Source: Candidatus Geothermarchaeota archaeon (GTDB lineage Archaea; Thermoproteota; Nitrososphaeria; Geothermarchaeales; JDFR-13). Taken from it: a DNA stretch of 64,000 nucleotides. The stretch is taken from positions 959 to 64,958 of the forward strand of contig WAJV01000107.1 of NCBI GenBank assembly GCA_015523725.1, given 5' to 3'. This document shows, piece by piece, positions 31,629-42,200 of this stretch (the first letter of the stretch is position 1; each line of letters starts with the position of its first letter). The notes beneath the pieces are model-generated. The model did not search any database and was not told where the DNA came from. It saw only the letters and a list, made by a program, of their open reading frames with translations. A program made the translations under genes and the position numbers.

Positions 31629-31828
31629 TTCCCATCCCTCCAGTCTTTTGGATGCCTATGCCACCGCCTGACTAAAATTATTTCTTGGGCATATTCCCTA
31701 ACGCTTAAATACTTATCTATATTGGGATTGTTTGTTCGATAAACAGGTTGCAGATTTATTTTTAAATAGGTGGGTCGATATATATCTAGGTCTCCGTGTA
31801 CACCTAATGCGAAGATTTTTTTATCCAT
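31586..31828 (-). pseudogene. short ORF, possible LAGLIDADG fragment
   Basis: FALGVHGDL resembles a first LAGLIDADG helix; overlaps the endonuclease start. Confidence 0.3.
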
Positions 31829-32000
31829 GGGGGTTTTACTGGATAATTAGGTTTTAGACTGTGAGTATAATGATTGTTTTGGTGTTGGTTCAATCCTAAA
31901 TTGATTAGTTTCGGGACTTATGATTATTTATATCCATATTTATTAATTTTGTGTAAAGAGTTTTGTTGTTAAATGGTTGGGCTAGGGGCTGTATGACGCC

Positions 32001-33554
32001 ATGCCAGTAATAAAAAAAGTGAATTTCCGGCTTCTAAAAAGCTTCAGCTCCATAATGATGCAGCAAATAACTACATATATAATAACCCTAATAACATTCG
32101 GCGTCATATCGAGAATCCTTAGCCCAACCGAGATGGGTGTATATGGATTACTGGTATCAACCGTCTACCTAATAGGCCTGTCATCCAACTTCGGTATGAA
32201 GAAGGTGGCGATTAGACTAATAGCTGGATCAATGGCACACAATGAAGATAGAGTGGCAAGTGGAATATATTGGAAAACCATATTATTATCCCTACCATCA
32301 ACCATTTTACTCGGAATAGGTGCATCCTACCTATATGATAAACTAGGAATATTCAATGAAGTCAATACATCAAATGGATTTATTCTATTCACACTCCTCC
32401 TAATCCTATTCTCAATCAGGAACACAGTATCATCAGGCCTAGAGGCCCTACACCTATTCCATTACGAAACACTATACTACTCAGTAGGATACACAACCTA
32501 TAGACTATTGATGGTATATTTATTAATAAATGGATATGGAGTAAGTGGAATACTTATATCATGGATAATAGGGGAGGCAATCACCACCTTCTACACAATA
32601 AGAAAATTGATAGATAAATTTCCACCCAGCATAAAAGGATATAGCAGCATAAATATACTAAAAAAAGCCTCACCACTATTCATAACGGATATAATATTAT
32701 CTGCAGCCGAATATGGAGATAGGATAGCCTCCACAATACTTGGACTAGACATAGTAGCATTCTTCTACATAGCATCAGTAGGAGTAATGTTCCTCACAAG
32801 CATATACCAAGCAGTCCAATCAAGCATACTACCCCACCTATCAGAAGAATTCCACATAAACGGATTCAACTCAATAGGAGAAAGCCTACATGACATAAGC
32901 AGATACGTATTCATCTTCATATCACCAATATTTTTACTAGCAGCCGTATTAGCAGAGCCATTCATAATCCTCTTAGCAGGCCCCCAATACATAGCGGCAG
33001 CCCCCATATTCCAAATAATGTGCATAGGCCTATGGCTAGGTCCACTGAACCCCATACTACAAAGCACATTCATAGCAGTAGACAGAAACAATGAACTAAT
33101 GGCCACAATACTATTAGCAACAATCCTAGACATATTCATAATGATAATACTCTACCCAAAGATAGGTTATTTATCAACAGGACTTGGAAGAGCCCTACTA
33201 GTCATATCAACCAACATAATCTTACTAGCAATAGGAATAAAACTAATAAACATAAAAATTGATTATATAGCATACGGTAAATCAGCTATATCAGCCGGAA
33301 TAAGTGCAGCAGCGGGACTAATCCTATGGAACTATATCCATAGAATAGACCTACTACCCATATACGTAATAGCACCAACAATAATCTACCTACTAATGAT
33401 TAGATTACTCAGGTTCATAAAACCAGAGGAAGTAGCATCCCTATACCTAAGCCTACCAAAACATAGATACGTAACCCGCGGCATAAAAATCGTATGCATG
33501 TTAACCGGCATAGATATAAATACAGTATTAAAAATAGTCTCTAAATATAAGTAG
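32001..33554 (+). CDS. MOP-superfamily flippase / polysaccharide exporter
   Basis: ~14 TM segments, SRILSPTEMGVYG, DRI...LG...Y pattern. Confidence 0.85.
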   Translation: MPVIKKVNFRLLKSFSSIMMQQITTYIITLITFGVISRILSPTEMGVYGLLVSTVYLIGLSSNFGMKKVAIRLIAGSMAHNEDRVASGIYWKTILLSLPSTILLGIGASYLYDKLGIFNEVNTSNGFILFTLLLILFSIRNTVSSGLEALHLFHYETLYYSVGYTTYRLLMVYLLINGYGVSGILISWIIGEAITTFYTIRKLIDKFPPSIKGYSSINILKKASPLFITDIILSAAEYGDRIASTILGLDIVAFFYIASVGVMFLTSIYQAVQSSILPHLSEEFHINGFNSIGESLHDISRYVFIFISPIFLLAAVLAEPFIILLAGPQYIAAAPIFQIMCIGLWLGPLNPILQSTFIAVDRNNELMATILLATILDIFIMIILYPKIGYLSTGLGRALLVISTNIILLAIGIKLINIKIDYIAYGKSAISAGISAAAGLILWNYIHRIDLLPIYVIAPTIIYLLMIRLLRFIKPEEVASLYLSLPKHRYVTRGIKIVCMLTGIDINTVLKIVSKYK

Positions 33555-33625
33555 AGAAACAATAATAAACTATGTTTATCTAATGGAAAATAGATTTTTA
33601 TATTATGTATATTGGGGGATAAATT

Positions 33626-34771
33626 ATGAGAATATACTTAACTCCAATAGGCCTACTACTAAAAAATAGAGAAACAAGATTCATAAGCTTCGGGAATAAT
33701 GTAGATGAAATGGCTAAGGCACTATATGAAATCCATAGAGGAACATATAAACTACCAAATAAAATAAGGAAATTAATCAAGGATAAAGAAATAATGGTTG
33801 ACTCACCACAACTAAGAGACATAATAAGGAAAAACATGGAGACAACCAAGATAAAACCAATTAAACAATTTGAAGACCCAACCGAACACATCCAAAAAAT
33901 ATTGAATATGGATAAACAAGAGATCAACAACCTCTACAAAGAAGTAATGACTAAATACACAGAACTAAAACTAAGAGAAGAATTATCTAATAAAGACCTC
34001 CTAATAATCCAAGCAATAAATGCATATGACGAATATACCGAGATGATTAACATAATATACGAGAGATTAAGAGAATGGTATGGAATATATTTCCCGGAAC
34101 TATCAAAAATAGTTAAGAAGATAGACAGCTACGCCAATCTAATAGCATCCATAGGCTACAAAGAAAAATTCAGTGAAAAAGAATTATCAAAATTCGGATA
34201 CTCGAAGAACAGGATATTGGAAATAATTGAAGCGGCAAAAGAAAGCAGTGGAGCAGAATTAAATAAAAACGAACTAACCATCATAATGCAGCAAGCCGAA
34301 TTACTAAAAACCATGATTAAGGAGAGAGAGAACATTGAGGAGCACATAACAACACTAGTTGAGGAAGTAGCACCAAACACAGCAGCCATAATAGGACCAA
34401 AATTAACCGCACGCCTAATAGCTAAAGCAGGAAGCCTTAGAAAACTAGCCATGTTCCCAGCCAGCACCATACAACTGCTAGGAGCGGAAAAAGCACTATT
34501 CATAGCCCTAAGAAAAGGAGGTAAACCACCCAAACACGGCATAATATTCCAACACCCATATATAAACCAATCACCAAAGAGTGTTAGAGGAAAAATAGCT
34601 AGATTACTAGCTGGAAAAATAGCAATAGCGGTGAGAACAGATGTATTCGGAGGAGAATACATAGGAGACAAACTTGCGGAGGAAGTAAGAAAAAAAGTTG
34701 AAGAAATAAGGAAAAAAGCCCCCAAGAAAAAAGTAGCTAAGAAAAAAAGGAGGAGAGGGAGATGGAGATAG
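33626..34771 (+). CDS. nop5: C/D box RNP protein Nop5 (Nop56/58)
   Basis: RLREWYG.YFPEL, APN, QLLGAEKALF, PPKHGIIFQHP. Confidence 0.96.
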   Translation: MRIYLTPIGLLLKNRETRFISFGNNVDEMAKALYEIHRGTYKLPNKIRKLIKDKEIMVDSPQLRDIIRKNMETTKIKPIKQFEDPTEHIQKILNMDKQEINNLYKEVMTKYTELKLREELSNKDLLIIQAINAYDEYTEMINIIYERLREWYGIYFPELSKIVKKIDSYANLIASIGYKEKFSEKELSKFGYSKNRILEIIEAAKESSGAELNKNELTIIMQQAELLKTMIKERENIEEHITTLVEEVAPNTAAIIGPKLTARLIAKAGSLRKLAMFPASTIQLLGAEKALFIALRKGGKPPKHGIIFQHPYINQSPKSVRGKIARLLAGKIAIAVRTDVFGGEYIGDKLAEEVRKKVEEIRKKAPKKKVAKKKRRRGRWR

Positions 34772-35457
34772 AAAAAATGGATATAAAAAATACATACCTA
34801 ATAAAGATAAATGATAAGAAATACCTAGCCACCAAAAACCTAACCCCAGGAATAACCTATTATAAAGAAAGACTATTCAAAACAAAATACGGCGAACTAA
34901 GAGAATGGATTCCCTACAAAAGTAAATTATCAGCCGCCTACCTAAAAAAGATGGATATAAAAATACTAAATAGCGCAAGGAAAATCCTATACCTAGGAAT
35001 GTCAACAGGAACAACCGTAAGCCATATATCAGACATAATCGAAGAAGAAGGCATAATTTATGGAGTTGAAGTCGCCCCAAGAGTCATGCTTGAATACATA
35101 AACAGAGTGGCCAAACACCGAGACAACATAATACCATTATTCTATGATGCAAGAATACCAGAACAATACAAATACGTAATCCATGGATACGTGGACATGG
35201 TCTATTGTGACGTAGCCCAACCAGATCAAACAGAGATAGCAATAAACAACTCAAAAATATATCTAAAAAAAGGTGGAGAATTATTCCTAGCCATTAAAGC
35301 AAGAAGCATAGATGCATCAAGGGAGCCTAAGGAAATATATCAAGAAGAACTGAACAAACTTAAAAACAACGGATTCAAAATATTAGAAATAGTAGACTTA
35401 GCACCATATGAAAAAGACCATGCAATGGTCAGAGCCAAGAAAATTAGTTCAATCTAA
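34762..35457 (+). CDS. flpA: fibrillarin rRNA/tRNA 2'-O-methyltransferase
   Basis: REW.P.KSKL, LYLG..TGTTVSHISD, DVAQPDQ, KARSID. Confidence 0.96.
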   Translation: MEIEKMDIKNTYLIKINDKKYLATKNLTPGITYYKERLFKTKYGELREWIPYKSKLSAAYLKKMDIKILNSARKILYLGMSTGTTVSHISDIIEEEGIIYGVEVAPRVMLEYINRVAKHRDNIIPLFYDARIPEQYKYVIHGYVDMVYCDVAQPDQTEIAINNSKIYLKKGGELFLAIKARSIDASREPKEIYQEELNKLKNNGFKILEIVDLAPYEKDHAMVRAKKISSI

Positions 35458-36164
35458 TCCAAATCCCTCCCCGCCAAATAAGGAATCCTATTCACCCTAA
35501 TGACCTGAACATACTTCCTCTCAACCCTTTTAGGCACATCATCAACACCAACATCCCCAAAATCACTCTTTAAATATAAATATGGACCCTTATACTCCTC
35601 ACCAGTCACATAAAAAAAGATATTTCCAGCCAAATCATGATCAGATATAAAAACATTCAAAACATACACACCATTACTTACATCAAACCATATATAGGGT
35701 ATCTCACCCAACTCAAAATATATCGAATTAGCTATAACCAATAGAGACCTTAAATCACTAACCTTAACATACGACAAATTGGAGGCATCACCCAAATCGA
35801 AAACACAATTATGCGGCTCACCAAATAAATAAGAAACAGGGATATATATACCGGACACAATATCTTCATACCCCTCCTCCAAAACCTCAGCCTCATCAAC
35901 CCTATAAGTATATACATTCGGGGGTTTGGAACCTATCACAGTATGTATAAAAGCCAGCTTAGGAGTCTTCACGAAAGAAGGTAGATAAAAACCAATTATA
36001 TAACGCCCCTCACCAGAGGGATAAGAAATCAGACCCGGCTTCTCCCCTTTGACATTAACATGAAGCCTAATCAAATCCAATAAACTATATGCCTCAATAC
36101 CCAATACAGATAAAGTAGCCAACATCAACACCCCAAAACTAAACATATTATAACTATAAGTCAT
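35454..36164 (-). CDS. hypothetical protein with apparent internal domain duplication
   Basis: - strand codon bias; the two halves have similar patterns. Confidence 0.65.
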   Translation of the reverse strand: MTYSYNMFSFGVLMLATLSVLGIEAYSLLDLIRLHVNVKGEKPGLISYPSGEGRYIIGFYLPSFVKTPKLAFIHTVIGSKPPNVYTYRVDEAEVLEEGYEDIVSGIYIPVSYLFGEPHNCVFDLGDASNLSYVKVSDLRSLLVIANSIYFELGEIPYIWFDVSNGVYVLNVFISDHDLAGNIFFYVTGEEYKGPYLYLKSDFGDVGVDDVPKRVERKYVQVIRVNRIPYLAGRDLD

Positions 36165-36182
36165 GCAATATTATTTTTTAAG

Positions 36183-36998
36183 ATGAAAGTAAAAAAAGTG
36201 ATGAATACAAGATACTCAATAATAGAGAAGGATGCAAGGATCAAGGAAGCACTTGCAAGGATGGCTAGAGAAAACATAAATAAACTAATAGTAGTAAAAC
36301 ATAAGGGTGATAAAAAGCCATACGGCATAATAACAGAATACGATATATTCTACAGACTATCAAGAACCAAAATTAAGAAATTCGAACCATATAATACATC
36401 AGTAGCAAGCGCCGCAACAACACCCGTTGAAACCGCCAATAAAGAGATGGACCTAAAATTTGTCGCAAAAAACTTCCTAACCAAAGGATACAGCTCAATG
36501 CCCATAGTAGAGAATGATGAAATAATAGGTGTTATAACAAAGGAAGATATAATAAGCCTACTATATAGATATGAAGACCTTATAAACCAGCCAGTTACAC
36601 TATTAACTACACAGATAAAAGGAAAAATCAGGCTCTTTGACAAGCTATCACTCGCACTAAGCAAATTCATGGGAACAGGCTTTAGCAACCTAGTGGTAAT
36701 TGATGATGGAGTGCCTGTAGGCATACTTAAAGTATATGACGTTGCCAAAACCCTATTCACAATTAGAAAAATAAATCCAACCCCCCACTGGGAGAGCGTA
36801 GTAAAGGAAATATATGTAGCTGAAGTTATGAGGAAAGATATAAATATACTTACAAATGAATCCAGCATCAAAGAAGCTCTAAATATTATAATTACCACTA
36901 ACCAACACATCATACCCATAACCGACAATAATAAAGCCGTGGGCCTCATATCTAGAAGCAACATAATAAGATACATGATAAATAATAAACTAATTTAA
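36183..36998 (+). CDS. four-CBS-domain protein
   Basis: Repeated GIITEYDI / GVITKEDI / GILKVYDV / GLISRSNI motifs. Confidence 0.88.
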   Translation: MKVKKVMNTRYSIIEKDARIKEALARMARENINKLIVVKHKGDKKPYGIITEYDIFYRLSRTKIKKFEPYNTSVASAATTPVETANKEMDLKFVAKNFLTKGYSSMPIVENDEIIGVITKEDIISLLYRYEDLINQPVTLLTTQIKGKIRLFDKLSLALSKFMGTGFSNLVVIDDGVPVGILKVYDVAKTLFTIRKINPTPHWESVVKEIYVAEVMRKDINILTNESSIKEALNIIITTNQHIIPITDNNKAVGLISRSNIIRYMINNKLI

Positions 36999-37012
36999 TG
37001 GTAGGATAGGAT

Positions 37013-37501
37013 ATGGAGACACCTAAATTCATAGCTGACGAGATGAATGGAGATATAGCCAGATGGCTAAGGATAATTGGATTCGACTGCATCTACCTAA
37101 AGGGAGACAAACTAGACGATAAGTTAATTGAAATAGCGGATAAAGAGAATAGAATACTACTCACATCCGATAAAGAACTATTCAAAAAAGCAATATACAG
37201 AGGGGTCGAGACACATTACATCGAGCAAGTAAGATTAGAGGAGAAATTAAAGAAAATAGTTGATAAATATAATCTAAATGAATACATCCCAAAACTCGAA
37301 TATAGATGCCCAATATGCAACCAAAAACTAGTTAAAGCAACAAATATTAAGAAAGTCCCCCCAAAAGTCAAGGAGAAACATAAAATAATCCTATACTGCA
37401 AAAACTGTGACAAATATTACTGGAGAGGAGGCCATTGGAAAAAAATCAATAAAATACTCAAATATGCAGGATTAACAAATACAAGTGTCAATAAATTATA
37501 G
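37013..37501 (+). CDS. Mut7-C RNase (PIN-like + Zn ribbon) family protein
   Basis: FIADEM.G.IARWLR..G.D, LTSD, RCPICN, C..C.K.YWRGGH. Confidence 0.9.
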   Translation: METPKFIADEMNGDIARWLRIIGFDCIYLKGDKLDDKLIEIADKENRILLTSDKELFKKAIYRGVETHYIEQVRLEEKLKKIVDKYNLNEYIPKLEYRCPICNQKLVKATNIKKVPPKVKEKHKIILYCKNCDKYYWRGGHWKKINKILKYAGLTNTSVNKL

Positions 37502-37558
37502 AAGATGAAAGGTACATTTATTTAATATATATCTAAAAGGATACTTATTTAGAGAAGA

Positions 37559-40500
37559 ATGAGAACGTATATCAAAGAGATACGTATAAACAACTACAAA
37601 ACATATAAAAATGCTAGAATAAAATTTCACCCCCAACTCAACATAATAGTTGGTCCAAACGGCTCCGGCAAATCAAACCTCATAGAAGCAATATTATATG
37701 GATTAGGAGAAAGAAGTATGAAGGTATTCAGAGCATATAAATATAAGGACCTCCTCCCAGCAGACTCAAGAAACTCAGCAAAAACACTATCCGTAACAAT
37801 AATAATCGAGGACCAGAATGGAGATGAGCATATCTTCAAAAGAATATATAATGCAAATAACAATACCCATGCATATTACTATAATAGAAAAAGAGTGAGT
37901 AGAGGAGTATACATATCAAAACTAGCCACATTAGGATACAGGGGACTACACCATGTATATATCCCCCAAGGAGGAATAATAAGCAAAGCAAATATAACAT
38001 CAAGAGATTTAAAAGACATCGTAGACGATGCATTAGGAATAAAAGAATTTAATATCAAAAAGCAGGAGGCCCTAGAGAAACTTGAGAAAGCCGAGGCCAA
38101 ACTGGAGAATATAAAGGAAAAACAAGAGATCATGAAGGAAGTAATATATACACTAATGGCTCAAATGATATCATACGATAGAAAGAATAATTTAGATAAG
38201 ATATCAAGAAGAATAAAAGGCTATTTAATAGTCAATGAAAATAAGAAAATAAGGCCCAAACTAACAAAATACACGAAGAAAATAAATGAATTAGAGAATA
38301 TAAAGGAGAAACTAAACAAGAGAATGGAGAAAATAGAGGAGAAAATAACTAAAATCGATGCAAAGATGGGGAAGCTAAGAGAGAAATTAAAGGGCAGAGA
38401 AGAATATCAACAACTACTCAAAGAATATTCAGATGTAAATATCAATATAACTACTACACAAGATAAAATAAAGAGACTTACAGATGACAAAGAGAGATAT
38501 CTAGATGAGATATCCCAGATAGATAAAGATTTAGAAAATATAAAACTCGAAGTAGCTACATACGCAGCCACACTAAAAGAACTAAATCAAGCAAATAGAA
38601 GAAACCAAACAGAGTTAAATAGCCTATATAAAGAGAAAGAAAAACTAGAAAATAAGATAAATAAATTGAGAGAAGAGTTAGACCAAATAATTGAAAAGAA
38701 AGAGAAACTAGAGGAGGAGAAAGAGAATATATTGAAGACGCATATTAAGGAAGAAGCGGAGATAATAGCCATCGAAAAAATAAAAGACTTATATATAGAC
38801 AAGAAGAAGCAGCTAGAAGACAAGAGAAGAAAATATCTAGATACAATAAAAAAATTCGAAGAGAGAATCGAGAAATTAAGCCAAATGAAGACAGAACTAG
38901 ACAATAAACTAAAGAAGCTAAGGAAAGAGAAGGAGAAAAAAGACAATAGATATAGAGAGTTAAAGAGGGAGATAAGAGACGCAGAAAAATTATTAAATAA
39001 AGTAGAGAGATATATTGAGAAACTTAGAAAGGAGGAGGAAATCAGAAACATAGAATTTAAGAATAATGCAGAATACGTACTGAAGATAGCCAAAGATATG
39101 AACTTAAAAGGAGTGTTGGGAATACTATCCAACTTTATAAATGGACCAAAAGAAATCATCAACATCCTAAGAAGATACCTAGGAAGAGAATGGTACAGCA
39201 TCATAGTATATGACGAGGCAACAGCAAAAAAATTATTTAAACTATCGGAGTCAATAAAAAAGAAAGTCGTTATCAAACCAATAACCAAATACATGTCCAA
39301 CGAAGAAAAAATCCATGAAAGAAGTGTGATAAACATATTAAAAATAAAGAACTATAGAAAACTAAAACCACTAGTAAACTCTCTATTTGGGGACTTGATA
39401 ATAACATCAGATCTTGAAGAAGGTATAAAACTCCTAGATGAGGGACATGGAATAATCAGTAGGAAAGGAGAGTTCATAATCACACCAGACAACTGGATAT
39501 ACGAAGGAAGGAAAAGAATGGTCATAGATGAAGACATATCCAAAATAGAAGAAATATACCACCAATTTAAACGAATGATAGACCTAAGGAGAGAAGATCT
39601 AGATAAACTAAATGAAGAAAGAGAGAAACTAATAGACGATATAACAGAAGCCACAAGTGAGTACACCAGACTAAAACAATCTATAGAACTCATAAAGACA
39701 TCAATAGGATACATGAAAGACCTAGAGAAATTCTATCGCAACAAGGTAAAAGAGATAGAGAAAGACCTATCGAAAGAAAAAAATAGAAGAAAGATCGATA
39801 AAACACCATTAGATGAAATTAGAACAATAGAAAATAAAATAAACACTATTTATAAAAAGATGGCGGATTATACAAATGAAATAACCGAAATAAACACAAA
39901 AATAAATAATATAAATAATTTAATTAGTAAAAATAATGCCAATATAGAATTAATAAAAAAATCAATATTGTCGACAAAGGAGAAGAAAGCAAGACTCAAG
40001 AAAAGAAGAAGTGAAGTGAAAACAAGGATAAAAAACATAGATAGGGAGATAAATAATCTAAAAAACACGCTAAAAATATTAGAGAGGAATAAGAAGGAAA
40101 GCGAATCCCAACTCAATAAATTCAATGAAGAAATCAAAGCAATAGAGGATAAACTAGAGAAACTGAATTCACTAAAGAATCAACTATATGGCAAATGGAA
40201 AAAAGCCAATGAAAAACTATCAGACCTAAAGGAAATAGAGACCAGATTAACATACAAAATCAAAACATTGAAGACTAGGCTAATACACAATGAAGACACT
40301 ATATTGAAACTTGGATATACAATAGAGGAACTCTCAAATAAAGAGACAAACATCGAGACTTTAGAGTTACTGCAGCAAGAAGTCGATGAAGAATTAAAAA
40401 GCTTTGAGAAAGAGGCCCACTACCCCTCACCCACAGCCTATATTGAATATAGAGAAAAATATGAGCCATACAAACTATTCACAATAAACCGGGCGAAACT

Positions 40501-41029
40501 AGAGGAGGAAAAAGAGGCGATCCTAGATTTTATTAGAGAGATTGAGATGGAGAAGGAGAGGACATTTAGAGAAGGCTTCACAAAGATCAAGGAGAAATTC
40601 ACCAGACTAATTAATCACGTCTTCCCCGATTCAGAAGTATATATAGAACTAGAGGATCCAGAGGATATAGATAGTGGTTTGGCAGTATATGTAAAGTTAA
40701 GGGATAAACCACAACTCCCAGTAATATCAGCCAGTGGAGGGGAGAAATCACTATTCATCATACTATTTCTACTATCCGTTTATTCCATACCAGGGAACGT
40801 CGTATTCCTACTAGATGAAATTGATGCACATATAGACCCACGTAACCTGAATAAGTTCGCGTCAGCCCTAGAACTCCAAAAGACAGAGAGCCAAATCATA
40901 TACGTAACATTACCCAGGGACGAGGCCCTACCCAGAATATCAGACCACCTAATAGGAATATTTTTCCGCAGAGGAGTTTCCCGCCCAGTAGTTATACCAA
41001 ACACAGAATTATTCAGGGTGGTGAAGTAA
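37559..41029 (+). CDS. smc: chromosome segregation protein SMC (divergent)
   Basis: GPNGSGKSN, long coiled coils, central hinge, SGGEKS, LLDEIDAHID. Confidence 0.9.
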   Translation: MRTYIKEIRINNYKTYKNARIKFHPQLNIIVGPNGSGKSNLIEAILYGLGERSMKVFRAYKYKDLLPADSRNSAKTLSVTIIIEDQNGDEHIFKRIYNANNNTHAYYYNRKRVSRGVYISKLATLGYRGLHHVYIPQGGIISKANITSRDLKDIVDDALGIKEFNIKKQEALEKLEKAEAKLENIKEKQEIMKEVIYTLMAQMISYDRKNNLDKISRRIKGYLIVNENKKIRPKLTKYTKKINELENIKEKLNKRMEKIEEKITKIDAKMGKLREKLKGREEYQQLLKEYSDVNINITTTQDKIKRLTDDKERYLDEISQIDKDLENIKLEVATYAATLKELNQANRRNQTELNSLYKEKEKLENKINKLREELDQIIEKKEKLEEEKENILKTHIKEEAEIIAIEKIKDLYIDKKKQLEDKRRKYLDTIKKFEERIEKLSQMKTELDNKLKKLRKEKEKKDNRYRELKREIRDAEKLLNKVERYIEKLRKEEEIRNIEFKNNAEYVLKIAKDMNLKGVLGILSNFINGPKEIINILRRYLGREWYSIIVYDEATAKKLFKLSESIKKKVVIKPITKYMSNEEKIHERSVINILKIKNYRKLKPLVNSLFGDLIITSDLEEGIKLLDEGHGIISRKGEFIITPDNWIYEGRKRMVIDEDISKIEEIYHQFKRMIDLRREDLDKLNEEREKLIDDITEATSEYTRLKQSIELIKTSIGYMKDLEKFYRNKVKEIEKDLSKEKNRRKIDKTPLDEIRTIENKINTIYKKMADYTNEITEINTKINNINNLISKNNANIELIKKSILSTKEKKARLKKRRSEVKTRIKNIDREINNLKNTLKILERNKKESESQLNKFNEEIKAIEDKLEKLNSLKNQLYGKWKKANEKLSDLKEIETRLTYKIKTLKTRLIHNEDTILKLGYTIEELSNKETNIETLELLQQEVDEELKSFEKEAHYPSPTAYIEYREKYEPYKLFTINRAKLEEEKEAILDFIREIEMEKERTFREGFTKIKEKFTRLINHVFPDSEVYIELEDPEDIDSGLAVYVKLRDKPQLPVISASGGEKSLFIILFLLSVYSIPGNVVFLLDEIDAHIDPRNLNKFASALELQKTESQIIYVTLPRDEALPRISDHLIGIFFRRGVSRPVVIPNTELFRVVK

Positions 41030-41677
41030 ATGAGTGTAGAAGACCTACCAATAATACTAGAAGACAGAGATAAACTGATGAAGATAAATCCATGGAAAAT
41101 AGATCTAAAGAAAGAGATAGAGAAAATACTAGAGTATTTCGATAAAAATGGATTAAATTATATTTTAGCCGGATACGCAGCAGACAATTCATCATTAGTC
41201 TTTAAGAGAAAAGTGGAGACCATAGAAAACATAACTAAACCATTTAAGAAAAGAAGAGCCGAGACAGAGGTGGAAAAAAATATTTTACTACCTGAGATCG
41301 AGGTCGCACACCTAATAGGTAAACCAATTATAGACCTCAGCGATATCATAAATAAATTAAGTGAAATACTTGAGAAAAGAATGAGTATGAAAGCAGGCCT
41401 CTCAGACCAAGATGAAGTAGACATATTAACAAATTATTACACAGAGACTATCTTAAGTGAAGAGAGGATACAGGAAATATGGAGAATCCTAAATGACGCA
41501 TTCAAAATAATTAAACCCCAAATATCGCTACTAGAAATAATCGAAACATTAACCCAATATACACCCTACATAATATTCTTCGCCATAATATTTCTCTACA
41601 TGGATGGGAAAATAGATGTGGATATAGTGGAGGAGGATGGCGTTGCAAAAGACATCATCATCAAAAAAATTGAGTAG
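41030..41677 (+). CDS. scpA: kleisin ScpA
   Basis: INPWKIDL N-terminus, FFAIIFL...GKI C-terminal wHTH; directly follows smc. Confidence 0.75.
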   Translation: MSVEDLPIILEDRDKLMKINPWKIDLKKEIEKILEYFDKNGLNYILAGYAADNSSLVFKRKVETIENITKPFKKRRAETEVEKNILLPEIEVAHLIGKPIIDLSDIINKLSEILEKRMSMKAGLSDQDEVDILTNYYTETILSEERIQEIWRILNDAFKIIKPQISLLEIIETLTQYTPYIIFFAIIFLYMDGKIDVDIVEEDGVAKDIIIKKIE

Positions 41678-42143
41678 GAAATTAGAGGGATTACTAGACG
41701 CCCTATTCTTTGCAACAACACGACCTATTAGTATAAACAGCATAATGAAGCTACTGGAGATTAAAGATAAGAAAGAGGCCAAAAAAATCATGAATCTCTA
41801 CATGGAAAACTTTAGACAAAAGATGTATGGAGTCAAAATCGTGAGGAGGGGAGAATACTTCTACCCAAAAATAGACGAGAAATACATCGAGAAAATAAGC
41901 GGATACTTACATCCCCCACCCCTAACCAACAAACAACTCGAGGTATTAGCATATATTTATGTAAACAAAAGGGTTAAAATGAGTGAATTAAGCAACATAT
42001 TTGGATCAAGAACATATAAAGACGTAAAGAAATTCATTAGATTAGGATTAGTTTCAAGGAGAAAGACAGAGCAAGGCTATATAGTAGAGATTAGGAAAGA
42101 GGCCGAGCCACTAATAATAAGAAAAAGAAGAAGGAGAAAATAG
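41637..42143 (+). CDS. scpB: ScpB (kite); start may be the TTG at 41670
   Basis: LDALFFATTRPI, LEVLAYI, two wHTH; follows scpA. Confidence 0.75.
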   Translation: MALQKTSSSKKLSRKLEGLLDALFFATTRPISINSIMKLLEIKDKKEAKKIMNLYMENFRQKMYGVKIVRRGEYFYPKIDEKYIEKISGYLHPPPLTNKQLEVLAYIYVNKRVKMSELSNIFGSRTYKDVKKFIRLGLVSRRKTEQGYIVEIRKEAEPLIIRKRRRRK

Positions 42144-42200
42144 ATATTTAAATATAGGCAAAGTAATCTACGTATAATAAGTACATAAAGGTGTATACAA

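Noticed and set aside
38587..40137. Long antisense Phe/Ser/Leu-rich ORFs (similar shadows lie opposite tip49, nop5 and the CBS gene)
   Set aside because: They are shadows of Lys/Glu-rich genes produced by codon bias and carry no motifs
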